The translations under genes were made by a program, and so were the position numbers. From assembly GCA_002269645.1 (NCBI GenBank), contig NIVC01003761.1:1-64000 (forward strand): a stretch of DNA of 64,000 nt. Reading direction: 5' to 3'. Below are positions 38,568 through 52,999 of the stretch, piece after piece. Numbering within the stretch: position 1 is the first letter of the stretch; each line of letters opens with the position of its first letter. The notes beneath the pieces are model-generated. The model had not been told where the DNA came from, searched no databases, and saw only the letters and a program-made list of their open reading frames with translations. This DNA is from Macrostomum lignano (Eukaryota).

Positions 38568-39131
38568 CAGGGGCGTCGCCATGGATTTTATGGTGATGGG
38601 GGGACAATGCCAAGAATTCAACATGTACATTACTAAATTCCTACATGTCCATTATTTTGAGAATCGGTGTGTCAGCGCTCATTTTGGCGCCGCAGGCACT
38701 CTTTTCAGCGCTACAGGCACTCATTTTAGCGCTACAGGCACTCCTTTCAGCGCTACAGGCACTCCTTTCAGCGCTACAGGCACTCCTTTCAGCGCTACAG
38801 GCACTCCTTTCAGCGCTACAGGCACTCCTTTCAGCGCTACAGGCACTCATTTTAGCGCTACAGGCACTCATTTCAGCGCTACAGGCACTCCTTTCAGCGC
38901 TACAGGCACTCCTTTCAGCGCTACAGGCACTCATTTTAGCGCTACAGGCACTCCTTTCAGCGCTACAGGCACTCATTTTGGCGACATGAAGAAAAATTAT
39001 TGATTTCCAAAACGGGTCACAAGGTGGGAGTGGAAGGTCAAAGCATCTGCATGTATTACCCCACAGAGCTTTCACTGGGGGGGGGACATTGCCCCTCTTT
39101 TGGGGGAAATGGGGGAAATTTGACATCCCTG
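38568..39131. mobile_element. Possible degenerate hAT MITE enclosing a 21-bp minisatellite (CAGCGCTACAGGCACTCCTTT, ~38690-38975)
   Basis: The ends CAGGGGCGTC / GACATCCCTG match at 8 of 10 positions as inverted repeats. The flanking 8-mers match only partly (GTCTCTAG vs GTCTTCAA). The inner tandem array itself is certain. Confidence 0.45.
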
Positions 39132-39677
39132 GTCTTCAAATAAAAGTTTAAGCATCTAGCAGTTGTTGTCAGCCACTAACGTAAGAATTATTGTAAAGGT
39201 CAAGTGCTAGAGGTCGATTTTCGATGCAAAATGCATTGTCAGAAGCAAAAACCAAAAAAGCTTTAGGTTTTATAGCACTGTATTCACAAAATCTCACTTT
39301 CCAGACTTAGTGTACTAATTGATTACTTACAGCCAGCACTGTTTTCTACGAAAATAATGCTCGGAGACTGTTCCGTAGCATATCGGTCTTCAGTCTCCGC
39401 ATCTCAGTGCTCAGCCATTGGACGGATCCGAAGGCCAACCAGAATCAGTTTAGATACAGATTAATATATACTGCAGCGCGTTCTTACAGCCAGCAGAGTA
39501 GAAATGAACTCTTTTAACAACAACTTTCTAAATTTACTCGCTTAATAATTGCTGATAAAAGATATACCAGGTCACAGACAGCTGAACTTACTTAACACAG
39601 TTACAATTTCCCAGTTTCAACAGTTTTCGGCCGACTTCGCAATTAAACAAATCTGTGAGAGCTTTAGCAAATTATCA

Positions 39678-42600
39678 ATGGCTGCAACATCGATGCAGCA
39701 TCTGCTGCCAGTGTTGCTGTGGCTGGCCGTTCTAATAATCGACGTCACCAGCTCCTCGTCGGCCACCGTTGTCGTTCCGAACGCGTCCCGTCCGCCGATC
39801 CGAGTGCAGCAGGGCAAGTCGGCGGCGCTGACCGCCGCCCACCTGCTAATACGTCGGCAGCCAAGCGGCAGTGGCAGCCTTTGCCGAGTTGAAGTCGACT
39901 CAAGCGATCCACTGACTCAGACAGTCGGACAAATGAAGCCTAAGGTAAAAACTTTTAAATTTGCATAATAATTACTAGCGAAATGAGAGTCATAAACAAA
40001 ACCTGAGATCCCTTGAAAAAACTCATCATGCACTGTAGAGTGCATTTACGAGGTATTTGTGTGAAAATTTAGTTATAGAAAACAGTTGTGTTGGTACTGC
40101 TTCTGAAGCACTGATGAGGGCAAAAACGTTTTACTTAAAGTTTTGGAGTGCGATTGGGTGCAATAATTTGAAAATCTTCTCAAACTCTACTCAGGTATTC
40201 GACTGCTTTTTCACCGAGGGCAGCGTATTTTACGAGCATGAAGGCTCCCCGTTGCGTTCACACGACTCGGTTCGCTTGCTGGTTTACAGCTTCCAACCTG
40301 GCAACAGAAGCGAGATCGCGCCGATTCGCCTAGCCGTAGAAGTGCAGTTGAGGTCCAGACGCGGCAGCGGTCAAGGGGCCGTGGGAGAGCGGAGTTCCAG
40401 CACTGCGACGTACATCGTGATGCCCGGTCCCAGGCCCTTAACGGTGCCCCGATTCCGAGGCACCTCGGCGCCTATCGACTCCAACGCGCTCAATTTTGTG
40501 TACGATCCACTCACCACTCGGTGCACTGTGGTCTACAGCGACTCAGTCCAAGCCAGCAGTAGCCTAGCTTTCCGCGACTGGCCCATGGTTGGCCGGCTGG
40601 TCGATGACCAGAGCACGCGGGTGCGGGAGTTCAAACACGACTGCCGCCAATTCCTTCTAGCCGGCTATCGCTACGAGCACCAAAGACCGCCCAATCCCGA
40701 CATGGATTATATTCCACTGTCTGTCTACCTCCTGCGGCTGGATTTCAATGGATCAGTTGACGCGACTTCTGATGTGATTGTCACAGAAAAGTATTATCTG
40801 CCGGTGCACATCGACAAAGCGCAGAAGAGTGCTCCGCCACAGCTGCAGCTCCGACAGAGATCGGTGTCGCTCGCACATACTGGAGGCCTCCCAGTGGTTT
40901 TGCCAGCGGATTTATTGCTTTTACCGTCTGCGTCTGCCTCGTCCACAACTTCCGATAGTGCACCGTCGACGGAGACAGATATAAGGAGAAGCGGTGATAG
41001 TAGCGGCGGTATCACTAGTGGCTTGGTAGTTATGGTGACCCAGATCGAGCCTGTGCTTCCCTTCAACATCAATGCATCGTTTGTGGACACTCGCGAGCCG
41101 ACGGCGGGCCAGATTAGCGGCTTCCAACCGAGAGACCTGCGCGAAGGCCGAGTGGCGTTTCAGTTTGCTACGCCGACTGACACGGACAGAGTGGAGCTGC
41201 GAATCCGCCTTCGGCCCATTGATGCTTTCTTTCAAGATGGCCCGGACGTCCTTCTGAACCTGGTCAGCACACCGAACCGGCAACTGCAGCTGTTTCCGCG
41301 TCCTTTACTTGCCTACACCCAGGCTACTGTCCGATTTAATTCGAGAAACTTGTTGTGCTCTGGCTCAGATTGCAATCTGGTCAGCTATCGAATTCGCCGT
41401 GAGCCGTACAGTGGCCGAATTCTAATGAATAACGCACCGATAGAGTTCTTCGGTCCAAGAACTTTAAATAACCCAGAAGAGTTTTCTATTACCTACACGC
41501 ACAACGGCAACATACCGTCAGAGGATAGCATAGAGCTGCGCACTCAAGTGTCGGAGAGCAGTGGAACGCCGATTGTTTTCAAATTTCCAATCCATGTAAC
41601 CCGTCTCTGGGACTCGGTGTCGACTTTGAAATCGTCTAACGTGAACTATCGACTCGGACCAGGTGGTCAAGTATGCTTCGGCGTAGAAATCATTGACGAG
41701 AGTGTCTTGCGGACACTGAAGCACGATTGCATTGACATGCGCTATGAAGTTGTCAAAAGGCCCGAGTACGGCAACCTGATCAGGGCGCTCAATCCTTTGT
41801 CGGACTGGGCGCGGTCGAGATCGACATCAACTTTCCTGACATTTGCTGTGAGCGATCTTTTACAGGGAAAGACGATTTGCTACCTACAACAGAGGAATCT
41901 GGAGCCCGGCCAGACCAATGTCTGGGACTCCATGACTCTCAAGCAAGCCGGACGACCCGACTTTACTCCGCTGCTAATCCGACTCCAACTTCACGATAAG
42001 CCGAGAGCCCCACTAATCAATCGATCAGCGCGGTACCTCTCAGCGCCGACGATGCTGGAGACTGATAATAACTTTGTTATTACGCGCGACTTTCTTCGGT
42101 ACGAAACGGAAGGACTTTCGCCCAATCAGATTGTTTACGAAGTACTGCTGCACCCGTACTACGCCGGCACCAACATCAGCATCGATGCGGGTCGCCTGCT
42201 AGACAAGCGGAAGCTCGAACGAATCTTCACGACGGGCGATAATGTGAAAGCCAAAGTGCGAATCACATCGTTCAAGGAGGTTGGATGCCTCAGCCAATTT
42301 ACCCAAGAAGATGTCGACAACGAAAACGTTTTGTACGTGCCGCCGTTAAACGACGTTGGCATATCGAATCGCACAGTGAACGTTTACCTACAGCCGTATG
42401 ACACGACGTGGAACAAGGCATCGCCCAACAAACTGACCTTTATTGTCCTACCGGTTGACAACCAAGAGCCGAAACTCGAACCTCAGAAACTCAGCGTTGA
42501 GCGAGGAAAGCGTCTGACTATTAAACTGAATCACCTGCGACCGAGGGACATCGACACGAAAGTCGATCAGCTGACACTACGACTACTGAAGGAGCCAAAG

Positions 42601-45600
42601 CACGGCAAACTTTATGACGGAGACGTGTCCATTGGCGTTGGCCAGTGGTTCAAAGTTGGTAGAGTCCGGTCCGAAAAGATTAGGTAAGTTTGACAAAAAG
42701 CTTAATGAATGAGACCCCTAACCCTAGTTAAAGACGCAAATGTTTTCGCTGTTAATTAAGTCAAGAAATTTGAAGTGAAACAGGACATTTCAAGTTTCTA
42801 ATTGCAAGCCTTCAGTGCCTGGATGGGAATCGCCAGGTATCATAAGGCATCAAATTACTTTATGAAGGGCTGAATAATCGCCTGATCTGCCTTTTGACAT
42901 TGACAGCCTCCCAGACGGACCGCGCCCAGAGTTCCTGATTTTCAGCTTGCATTTCATTGCCAAACTAAAAGCTGGAATAAATTTTCCAGAGCAGCCGAGA
43001 GAACTAAGGCACACTTGAAAAAATAAGACCCGTCTCGTGCACTTGTTTACCTGCATTACCCGGCATTTTGCATTTCTTCTCCTTTTCTCCGCATTGAATT
43101 GCGTAAATAGGCCGACTGGTAGATACAAAAAAGGATAAAATTCTTTCATATCCGCTCCGGATTCTTGTCCACGCGTTGCGGCAGTCGATATTGCAAGCTT
43201 CATTAACCACCTGATACAGGCCATATCTTCTTAAAGTTCCCGGAACTGGGATTCCAGCCAGATGGAGATCCGTATGATTGAAAGCACTTGGCCCGGTTGC
43301 AATGGCAGGGTTACACGGATGTAAAACAGGTTCATTCTTCCCCTTTGCCTCTGGCGGCAGGCAAAAAGCCTTTTTCTGCGCTAAGCTATACTAATCCGTT
43401 GACATTCGATTTTGTTGCGAGCCTGTCTGGAATATTTCTGACGGAATTTTTCGTTAATTAATCCCACGATGGGAGAATTGTAACAATAATTTCTATTGTT
43501 TATAAATAATGATGAATAACTAAACATTTCTTCTTAGCCTATACGCGAAGATTTCAGAATAAAGTTTCACCCAAAAATAACCTGTTTGGCAGACAATTAT
43601 TATCACGGTATTCTCACGAAGCAGTTAATATAAACCTCGCAAAATGTCGCTGTTAAATATATTCTATAAAGGATGCCTTTTCTATAACTATGGTCACTTG
43701 AGCACGAAGCCTCAGCCCACCTGTTATTCAGACGCTGCGATTCTCCTTTAACCCAGGTGCAATCTCATTCGCATAGCTGGGCATCTACCCAGACGATTCT
43801 CAAGAAGGGCTTCCACTTGAGCGAATGAATTGACTGAATTTAAGATGATGAGAGTAAAGGAAAGGTATCTTAGCTAAGCTATCTTGTCTGGCATACAGCT
43901 CTTTCTATCACAGCGGGGCCGCATAATCCATGTACAGAGACCGCTGGTGGAGCATTGTCTACCGCCGAGTCTATAGGTCTACCGACCGACCGAGACTTAT
44001 CCAGTCACCCTTACCCCAGTAACAGGTAGGAAACAGATGCAGACGTTTGAAGGAAATTAGCGGTAGCGCTGTTATCTGTTTTAAGCGGAGAAGGCTTAAG
44101 TTTCATTAAAAGCTTAAGCTAGTCTTCAAATGCGTCTATACTTTGCTGTGTCGATTGCGTAATCTCTGTCAGCCTTGAGGGTGCTTGCCAGAGCTGATTA
44201 GATCATTAAACTCTCAAAGACGACTAGCCTTATCGCACCAGTTAGTTATACTGCCAGACTGGCTCAAACTGAGACAAACTGCACGCTGGGTACTGTATGC
44301 TTCATTAACCGTTGTGGCTAATAAGAATGGTGATTACAAATAAATTAATTGCGTAGAAGTCCATTAAGCATTTTTACGCTTCTAATAACGTCTGATAGTA
44401 TATAAAACAATTATCATGCAACTTTCAGCTACCAGCACGACGGTACAACAAGTTCAGCCGATTATTTCGTGCTCCAAGTGACGGACAATAACCAGAACAG
44501 CCCAGATTACAACATATATTTGAACATAACTGAGCGTCAGGCATGGGACTACGGCACGAAATTCTATGCAAACAATACAATATTCGTACTAGAGGGTGGT
44601 CAAACCGTCCTAACCACAGAGATGTTTCCAATTTTGAAAAGCGAAACAATAGATCCAAGACAGATTTCATATCTACAAGGTGAGCGACCAGTGAAGGGCG
44701 AATTCGAACTACTGGGCAGTTCTAGTCGCAGCATATCCCAGTTCAATCACGAAGACTTGCGAGCCGGTCGTATCGTGTACCGCCACACTACTGGCGAAAT
44801 CGGGTCACGAGCCATTGTCGACATCTGCCCTATGTTTGTCTACAGCGGATCCGACTGGCAGACACACCGCCTGACCTTCTCCATTCAACCGGTTGACAAC
44901 CAGCCGCCATCTATTACAGACGGGGCCCAGGTCCTGGTCAAGGAGGGCGACAGCACCGTCTTGTCAGGTAATGTCATTAAGGTGAGGGATGCAGACACCG
45001 AAGCTGACAAGCTGCTGCTGATGGTGCAAGACGCACCGAAGCATGGTGAAATTCGTTTGATCAACGGAAGCGGAGCGACGGTTAACCAATTTAGCCAGCA
45101 ACAACTTCTCGCTGGAGAGGTCGCGTTTTTGCAGAACAAAAATTTTGGCACAGAGTTCACCAGAGACAACTTCACAGTGATAGCAAGCGACGGAGAACGC
45201 AGATCGAGCCCCGTTACAGTTCAAGTGTACATCTATCCGGTGACCGACGAGCTGCCATCGATAGTTGGTCTCGCTGATTTCGCCATCAGTAAGGGCGAGT
45301 CTCGTGTATTGAATGCGACGTATTTTTCCGTCACCGATGCCGACGTGCCCGAAGAGGAAGTCATCGTACGAATCCGTCGGTTGCCCAGCGTCGGGACTTT
45401 GTTTCAGGACTGGTTCACTGCTCGGATCAGCAAAAAGGTTACTGAAACTTCAAACAGGCAGTTTACGAAGCGAAATCTGAACTATATGCGCCTAGTGTAT
45501 CACCAAGACCTGGATGTCACATCGCTTAACGACAGCTTTGTGGTGGAAGCTTCTGATCCAGTTTATCGCGTCTCTAAGACCTGCCGTATTGCCATAGCAA

Positions 45601-48600
45601 CCAGAAACGAACAGCCACCCGTGTTTTCGTTACCTCGGTCACAATTACAACTTTATTATGGTGAAAAAGTCCAACTGACCGAGAATCATCTCCTCGTACG
45701 TGATCCGGACACGCCAAAGGAAGCGATATCTATTTCCGTGGTATCTCTTCCCGCCAATTGCGAATTGCTCAGGTTGGAGCCTAGTAGGTCCAGTGTCATT
45801 CTCAGTGGCAGAAGCCGCGACCGTCTGGTGGCGCTGCGCCTTGGCGAGAGTTTCAGCCAGCGAGACGTGCAGCAAAGCCGGATGTTTGTAAGGGCATCCA
45901 GATTGAGCAGCAGCTCGGCAGCCTCGCCAGCGACGGTGGAGCTGCGTCTAATGGCTGGTGACGGGCGTTTCTCTACTGATGCGGCAAACTTGATGCTGAG
46001 ACTCGTGCCAAAACCTGCCGAGGTGCTGGAGCTGTTTCTAATTCGTACATCCCGACTGAAAGCAGTCACTCAAAGAGTCACAAAGTTAACACAAAAGGAG
46101 ATTAGTGTCTATTACCGTGACCGAGTGCAGAACTCAGCCAGCTTCCAGGTTATTCCCCAACAAGTGTCCGATAGCCAACCATGCTATTCATTTGAGCTTG
46201 AGGGCGATCCAGTTGTTACCGACAACGAAACAGTATTCTTGATGTCGGACGTTTTGGATGGTCGAGTCTTGTTTAATGCGACCAATTGCTCTAAATCTAA
46301 AGAAGACATACTCTTTGAAGTGCGCTCAAACTGGATTGGAAAGTCAGCATCTGGTATGCTCCCTGTAGATCTTATCCGGCTGGACGTGGCGCCGCCAACG
46401 CTGGATCATGTCGGAACTCTGTCACTACGAGCCCACGAAGCTGTCGCCATTAATCAAACTGTCCTCAGAACATCGGACGCTGATACACCACCACAGGAAA
46501 TTTTGTACCGCATCAAAAATGCACCTAAACAAGGCCTTTTAGTTATAGGAAACTCTCAACTTGGCCAAGAGGATTCATTTACTCAAGCTGACATCAATAA
46601 CGGAACTGTTTTATGGTACAGAAGCCTCAGAGAGCCACCCACTGGCTTAGACAAGCTAAAATTCACGGTTGAAGACATGAACAAAACACGCGGTTTCTGT
46701 TATAAATCGGCTATTCCGCGCTCCTCCCCAGTGACATTATCAATTCGAGTTGCCCCGTCGACTCGTAATCCAATTGAATTGGTTCGAGTCAAGAGCCCCT
46801 CCGAGCTGATGTCGTTTGGCACTGGTGGGCGCTTTGGGTTTCGTATTAAAAACGACTCCCTATTGGCAAAGCCGGCTATGGTCCTATTCGAGCTGGCTTC
46901 CCAACCAGGCTTGGGCATTCTGAAACTGGGCGAATCTGAAATCCCTGTTGGGGGGAGTTTCACTCAGCGTGACGTCAATACCGGACGAGTGACTTACTGG
47001 TTCAATCAGCCTCAAGTAACCAGTGCAGTTAAAGCTCCGGACAATACATCCGACTCATTTGAGTTCATCGTACGCACCCAAGATAGACGCTTCAGCTCAG
47101 AGAGAAGCCGCTTCAGAATGGAATGGTCAGTGATCTTCTTTCGGCAGACTCGCTATTGGGTGCGTTGTCCACGGCCTGGCACCCTTCTGGTAGATGTTAC
47201 CCGTACTGGCGCAATGGACCAGATGGCATTCGCCAGGTTCGAACTTGATGGCTCTGCTCAGGAACGCAGGGATTTCACCGTGAGCTCAGCCAGGACTCTC
47301 AACTTCAATCCAGGTTGGTTTTTAAAACAAAATCGAATCCACATCCAGCTCATATCTATTTGTCATTTTAGATTTCACTTCAAGCCAACTTTATTTCCCG
47401 TCCTATAGGTGACAGGACCGCCCAGATCAGACTGGAAATCAGCGAGCGAAACGACAGCTCGGACTTGCGACTACGCATCGATCTCATAGCCCCCGGTACC
47501 GCCCTGATCGGTGCCAACTCGCGAGCTACCATACTACTTCAACCCGATCCTGCAGTTGACTGCACGGCCGACAGTGCTCACTTCACTCCGTCCAGTGGCG
47601 GAGACTTAGCCCTGTTTAGGTACTATCTGAGACACTACATGATGCGAAATCGACAGGTGAGTATTCGTACATATCTGACGAGTAGAAAGTACATCGGCGT
47701 GCATGAGTGAGTGCCTGCGTGTACTCAGGGGTCAGCGGAATGGGCTGAATGCGCTGGTTGTGGGACGATATCACCGTTGCGCTAGGGTGCCTACAGACCT
47801 GCTGCAAATGGTTATCTATTTATATGCAGATATCGTAAGGATACCAGTTGCACCTACAACCCCAACACAGGTCCAAGTGCAGAGCTGTGATTGTTAAACT
47901 GTTTTCTGAGAACGATAAATATTTTGATGTTAAGAATTTACGTCCCTTTTGTGCGGTGGGATGTCCGTAGACTTTGACGCTTGAATTAGACTTTCTGTTA
48001 ACGCACACACACATTTCAGTTCAGCGATCAAGCTCCATCGGATCCCAACCAAGGACAAAAAGATCCAAATCAAGGACGAAACGGTTTGAACTTGAACAAG
48101 CCTGCAGTTAGCAGTGTTCAGAAGTCAAAGTTCAACGATAAATCTAGTGACAATGACCAAAAGAATAACAAAAAACAATTCGATAATGCTGACAAAAATC
48201 AACAAAAATACTCGCACAACGAAAAATATTACAACAAGCCATACGAGGAAAAGGTCGCCATTCACGTTCCGTCTAGTGAGGCATTGAGGAAGCTGCAGAG
48301 AGAGGAGATGCAGCATGCTAACAAGGACGGGGTGAGTTAGAGCTTGTGCCGTTGATTTTTAATGCTTTTCTGAAAGTATAGCTAGGAAGGATGTTGGTCA
48401 TAAAGAAGGGAGGGTAGTGGTGCTCAAACTGAATTACAGGTAGGGTAGCGGTGCTCAAACTGAATTACAGGTAGGGTAGCAGTGCTCAAACTGAATTACA
48501 GGTAGGGTAGCGGTGCTCAAACTGAATTACAGGTAGGGTAGCGGTGCTCAAATTGAATTACAGGTAGGGTAGCGGTGCTCAAACTGAATTACAGGTAGGG

Positions 48601-51600
48601 TAGCGGTGCTCAAACTGAATTACAGGTAGGGTAGCGGTGCTCAAACTGAATTACAGGTAGGGTAGCAGTGCTCAAACTGAATTACAGGTAGGGTAGCGGT
48701 GCTCAAACTGAATTACAGGTAGGGTAGCGGTGCTCAAATTGAATTACAGGTAGGGTAGCGGTGCTCAAACTGAATTACAGGTAGGGTAGCGGTGCTCAAA
48801 CTGAATTACAGGTAGGGTAGCGGTGCTCAAATTGAATTACAGGTAGGGTAGCGGTGCTCAAATTGAATTACAGGTAGGGTAGCGGTGCTCAAATTGAATT
48901 ACAGGTAGGGTAGCGGTGCTCAAACTGAATTACAGGTAGGGTAGCGGTGCTCAAATTGAATTACAGGTAGGGTAGCGGTGCTCAAATTGAATTACAGGTA
49001 GGGTAGCGGTGCTCAAATTGAATTACAGGTAGGGTAGCGGTGCTCAAATTGAATTACAGGTAGGGTAGCGGTGCTCAAATTGAATTACAGGTAGGGTAGC
49101 GGTGCTCAAATTGAATTACAGGTAGGGTAGCGGTGCTCAAATTGAATTACAGGTAGGGTAGCGGTGCTCAAATTGAATTACAGGTAGGGTAGCGGTGCTC
49201 AAATTGAATTACAGGTAGGGTAGCGGTGCTCAAATTGAATTACAGGTAGGGTAGCGGTGCTCAAATTGAATTACAGGTAGGGTAGCGGTGCTCAAATTGA
49301 ATTACAGTTAGGGTAGCGGTGCTCAAACTGAATTACAGGTAGGGTAGCGGTGCTCAAATTGAATTACAGGTAAGGTAGCGGTGCTCAAATTGAATTACAG
49401 GTAGGGTAGCGGTGCTCAAATTGAATTACAGGTAGGGTAGCGGTGCTCAAATTGAATTACAGGTAGGGTAGCGGTGCTCAAATTGAATTACAGGTAGGGT
49501 AGCGGTGCTCAAATTGAATTACAGGTAGGGTAGCGGTGCTCAAACTGAATTACAGGGAGGGTAGCGGTGCTCAAACTGAAGGACAGGTAGGGTAGCGGTG
49601 CTCAAACTGAATGGCAGGGAGGGAAGGGCTGCTCAAACTGAATGATCTCTATACGTACAGCTTCAGAGTACTTAGCAGCACAAAAGTACCCCCTAAGTGT
49701 TCGAATTTCACTTCATCGACACTGAAAAGTTTTTAAAGCTCTTGCTCTGGTTTGCGTTGCGACATAAAAAAACAATTTATTGGCTATTTTATTCTCTGTT
49801 TTAAAGCAGCAATTAGTGGCTGGAGCACAGGCTACTTAAGCTTAAACCGCAAAGACGATTCAATTAACTGCGTTCGATCATAAAAGCTGAAATTATTGCT
49901 GCCAATTCCACGATTTCAGTTCCCACGCTGCACAATTTACCTGAGCGGCGAGCAGCGTTCGAACGGAGACGGAGTTCGCTACATCTGCAACGGCGGCCGC
50001 TGGGTCACTCTGGCTAGCGTGGTCCAGTCTCAACGCCAGCCTCACCGCGGCTTCGGTTCCGCTACTGATAGGCAATCTCAAACTCCTGCCGCAGAGGACA
50101 AGACGATGATCAACTGCCCAACGGGTAGGGCTGCGGTTCTCTGAAAATATATTTGAAATTTTTTTTGTGGGTTCATATCGGTTATTTATGGTTTAGGGTA
50201 GCTTTTACGCGTAGCAGGGACGGTCGCGTCCTTGAAGGGCGCCATTTCGATTGAGAGGGGGCGCCATTTGGGTTGAGAGGGGGCGCCATTTGGGTTGAGA
50301 GGGGGCGCCATTTGGGTTGAGAGGGGTGCCGTTTGGGTTGAAAGGGGGCGCCGTTTGGGTTGAAAGGGGGCGCCGTTTGGGTTGAAAGGGGGCGCCATTT
50401 GGGTTGAGAGGGGCGCCATTTGGGTTGAGAGGGTCACCATTTGGGTTGAGAGGGGTGCCGTTTGGGTGGAGAGGGGGTGCCATTTTGATTGAGAGGGGCG
50501 CCATTTGGGTTGAGAGGGGGCGCCGTTTGGGTTGAGAGGGGGCACCGTTTGTGTTGAGATGGAGCACCATTAGCACCAGAGGCTTAAACACCAGGGGCGC
50601 CAGCACCAGGGGCGCCAGCACCAGGGGCGCCAGCACCAGGGGCGCCAGCACCAGGGGCGCCAGCACCAGGGGCGCCAGCACCAGGGGCGCCAGCACCAGG
50701 GGCGCCAGCACCAGGGGCGCCAGCACCAGGGGCGCCAGCACCAGGGGCGCCAGCACCAGGGGCGCCAGCACCAGGGGCGCCAGCACCAGGGGCGCCAGCA
50801 CCAGGGGCGCCAGCACCAGGGGCGCCAGCACCAGGGGCGCCAGCACCAGGGGCGCCAGCACCAGGGGCGCCAGCACCAGGGGCGCCAGCACCAGGGGCGC
50901 CAGCACCAGGGGCGCCAGCACCAGGGGCGCCAGCACCAGGGGCGCCAGCACCAGGGGCGCCAGCACCAGGGGCGCCAGCACCAGGGGCGCCAGCACCAGG
51001 GGCGCCAGCACCAGGGGCGCCAGCACCAGGGGCGCCAGCACCAGGGGCGCCAGCACCAGGGGCGCCAGCACCAGGGGCGCCAGCACCAGGGGCGCCAGCA
51101 CCAGGGGCGCCAGCACCAGGGGCGCCAGCACCAGGGGCGCCAGCACCAGGGGCGCCAGCACCAGGGGCGCCAGCACCAGGGGCGCCAGCACCAGGGGTGC
51201 AACTAGCACTCCAGAATCACCTCCATCTGAATCCCGCAGGCTGGACAGCCAAGTCAGGCCTCTCCTGCGTTCGCCTATTCAAGGCGCGGCTCAGCTTCAC
51301 TGCAGCGACCGCCGAGTGCGCCAAGTACGGAGCCCGCCTCTTGGAGCTGGGCAGCGCAGCTGATGCGCGCTGGATTCGCAAGAATCTGCGTACCAGAAAG
51401 CGCTATTGGATTGGTGAGCGCTGGATTGGTTTCGCTTTGCAAGAATTTGTCGCTATTCTTTAATGGGTGATTTGCTAGAACCCACACGCTAGAACCCACA
51501 CGCTAGAATTCCCACACGCAAGAACCCACACACAAGAACCCACACGCAAGAACCCACACGCTAGAATCCACATGCTAGAACCCACTCGCTAGAACTCCCA

Positions 51601-52889
51601 CACGCTAGAACCCACTCGCTAGAACCCACTCGCTAGAACTCCCACACGCTAGAACCCACTCGCTAGAACCCACTCGCTAGAACCCACTCGCTAGAACCCA
51701 CTCGCTAGAACTCCCACACGCTAGAACCCACTCTCTAGAACCCACATGATAGAACCCACTCTCTAGAACCCACACGATAGAACCCACTCTCTAGAACCCA
51801 CACGATAGAACCCACTCTCTAGAACCCACACGATAGAACCCACTCTCTAGAACCCACACGATAGAACCCACTCTCTAGAACCCACACGATAGAACCCACT
51901 CTCTAGAACCCACTCGCTAGAACCCACTCGCTAGAACCCACTCGCTAGAACCCACTCTCTAGAACCCACACGATAGAACCCACTATCTAGAACCCACACG
52001 ATAGAACCCACTCTCTAGAACCCACACGATAGAACCCACTCTCTAGAACCCACACGATAGAACCCACTCTCTAGAACCCACACGATAGAACCCACTCTCT
52101 AGAACCCACACGATAGAACCCACTCTCTAGAACCCACACGATAGAACCCACTCTCTAGAACCCACACGATAGAACCCACTCTCTAGAACCCACTCGCTAG
52201 AACCCACTCGCTAGAACCCACTCGCTAGAACCCACTCTCTAGAACCCACACGATAGAACCCACTATCTAGAACCCACACGATAGAACCCACTCTCTAGAA
52301 CCCACACGATAGAACCCACTCTCTAGAACCCACACGATAGAACCCACTCTCTAGAACCCACACGATAGAACCCACTCTCTAGAACCCACACGATAGAACC
52401 CACTCTCTAGAACCCACTCGCTAGAACCCACTCGCTAGAACCCACTCGCTAGAACCCACTCGCTAGAACCCACTCGCTAGAACCCACATGCTAGAACCCA
52501 CACCCCACCATCATTAAGGTCTCTACCGCGGCAAAGACGGCCGCTGGCGCCAGCCGAGCGGCGAGGACGTTGCCTCAGCTCTGGCTGGCGGCCTCCGCTG
52601 GGCCCGCGGACACCCTCGTCGACGTGCCGATTGCGCTTTCGTCCACCGCAATCGCTGGCTGAAAAGTCGCCGATGCCGCCTGAGCCAGTCGAAGCCGAAA
52701 AATAAAAGTCGTGCCGGTCGTCGTCAAAGTCGTCGTCATCGTCGTCGTCGTCAACGACTTCAAAGACGAAGTCGACTAAAGCAGCGACCGGGTCGTCGAG
52801 CCGACTGGGCGGCGCCCTACGTGTGCCAGCTGACCGTGCGCTATAAACTTAGCAGACGGGCCTATGTGAACCTCGTCAGGAGCAACTGA
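39678..52889 (+). CDS. FREM1: FREM1-like extracellular matrix protein (CSPG/NG2 repeats, Calx-beta, C-terminal C-type lectin), 2316 aa; 8 exons: 39678-39944, 40195-42683, 44429-47313, 47409-47656, 48020-48331, 49920-50124, 51240-51413, 52519-52889
   Basis: Signal peptide; PK|VFDC N-terminal motif; repeated CSPG motifs ([38 protein letters not shown]); Calx-beta (VDVTRTG...RRDF...LNFNPG); CTLD (CPTGW, YWIGL, DCAFV, YVC). The exons total 6951 nt in one frame. Confidence 0.88.
48415..49645. repeat. 31-bp minisatellite (GTAGCGGTGCTCAAACTGAATTACAGGTAGG), about 39 units, in FREM1-like intron 5
   Basis: Period 31, checked directly. Confidence 0.97.
50236..51198. repeat. Compound array in FREM1-like intron 6: 20-21-bp unit (GGGGCGCCATTTGGGTTGAGA, ~50236-50550) followed by 15-bp (CCAGCACCAGGGGCG)n (~50590-51198)
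   Basis: Direct inspection. Confidence 0.95.
51475..52503. repeat. 14-bp minisatellite with 28-bp dimeric higher-order structure (TAGAACCCACTCTC / TAGAACCCACACGA) in FREM1-like intron 7
   Basis: Alternating unit variants visible. Confidence 0.95.
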
Positions 52890-52999
52890 CCAACTGGTCC
52901 CGAGTTCATGGACTTTTAATGGCTGACAAGTCAAATGTGGACGGACTTTGTCTGATTGACAAGTTTATGAGCTTTGCCTTTATTGACTCAGATTGGCTG

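Noticed and set aside
42850-43400. Coding-like fragments on the minus strand within FREM1-like intron 2
   Set aside because: Multiple stops and no recognisable domain; possibly an old transposon relic, but unsupported.
48415-49645. CRISPR-like appearance of ~30-bp repeats (also the 20-27-bp arrays)
   Set aside because: Units are head-to-tail with no unique spacers, there are no cas genes, and the context is eukaryotic introns.
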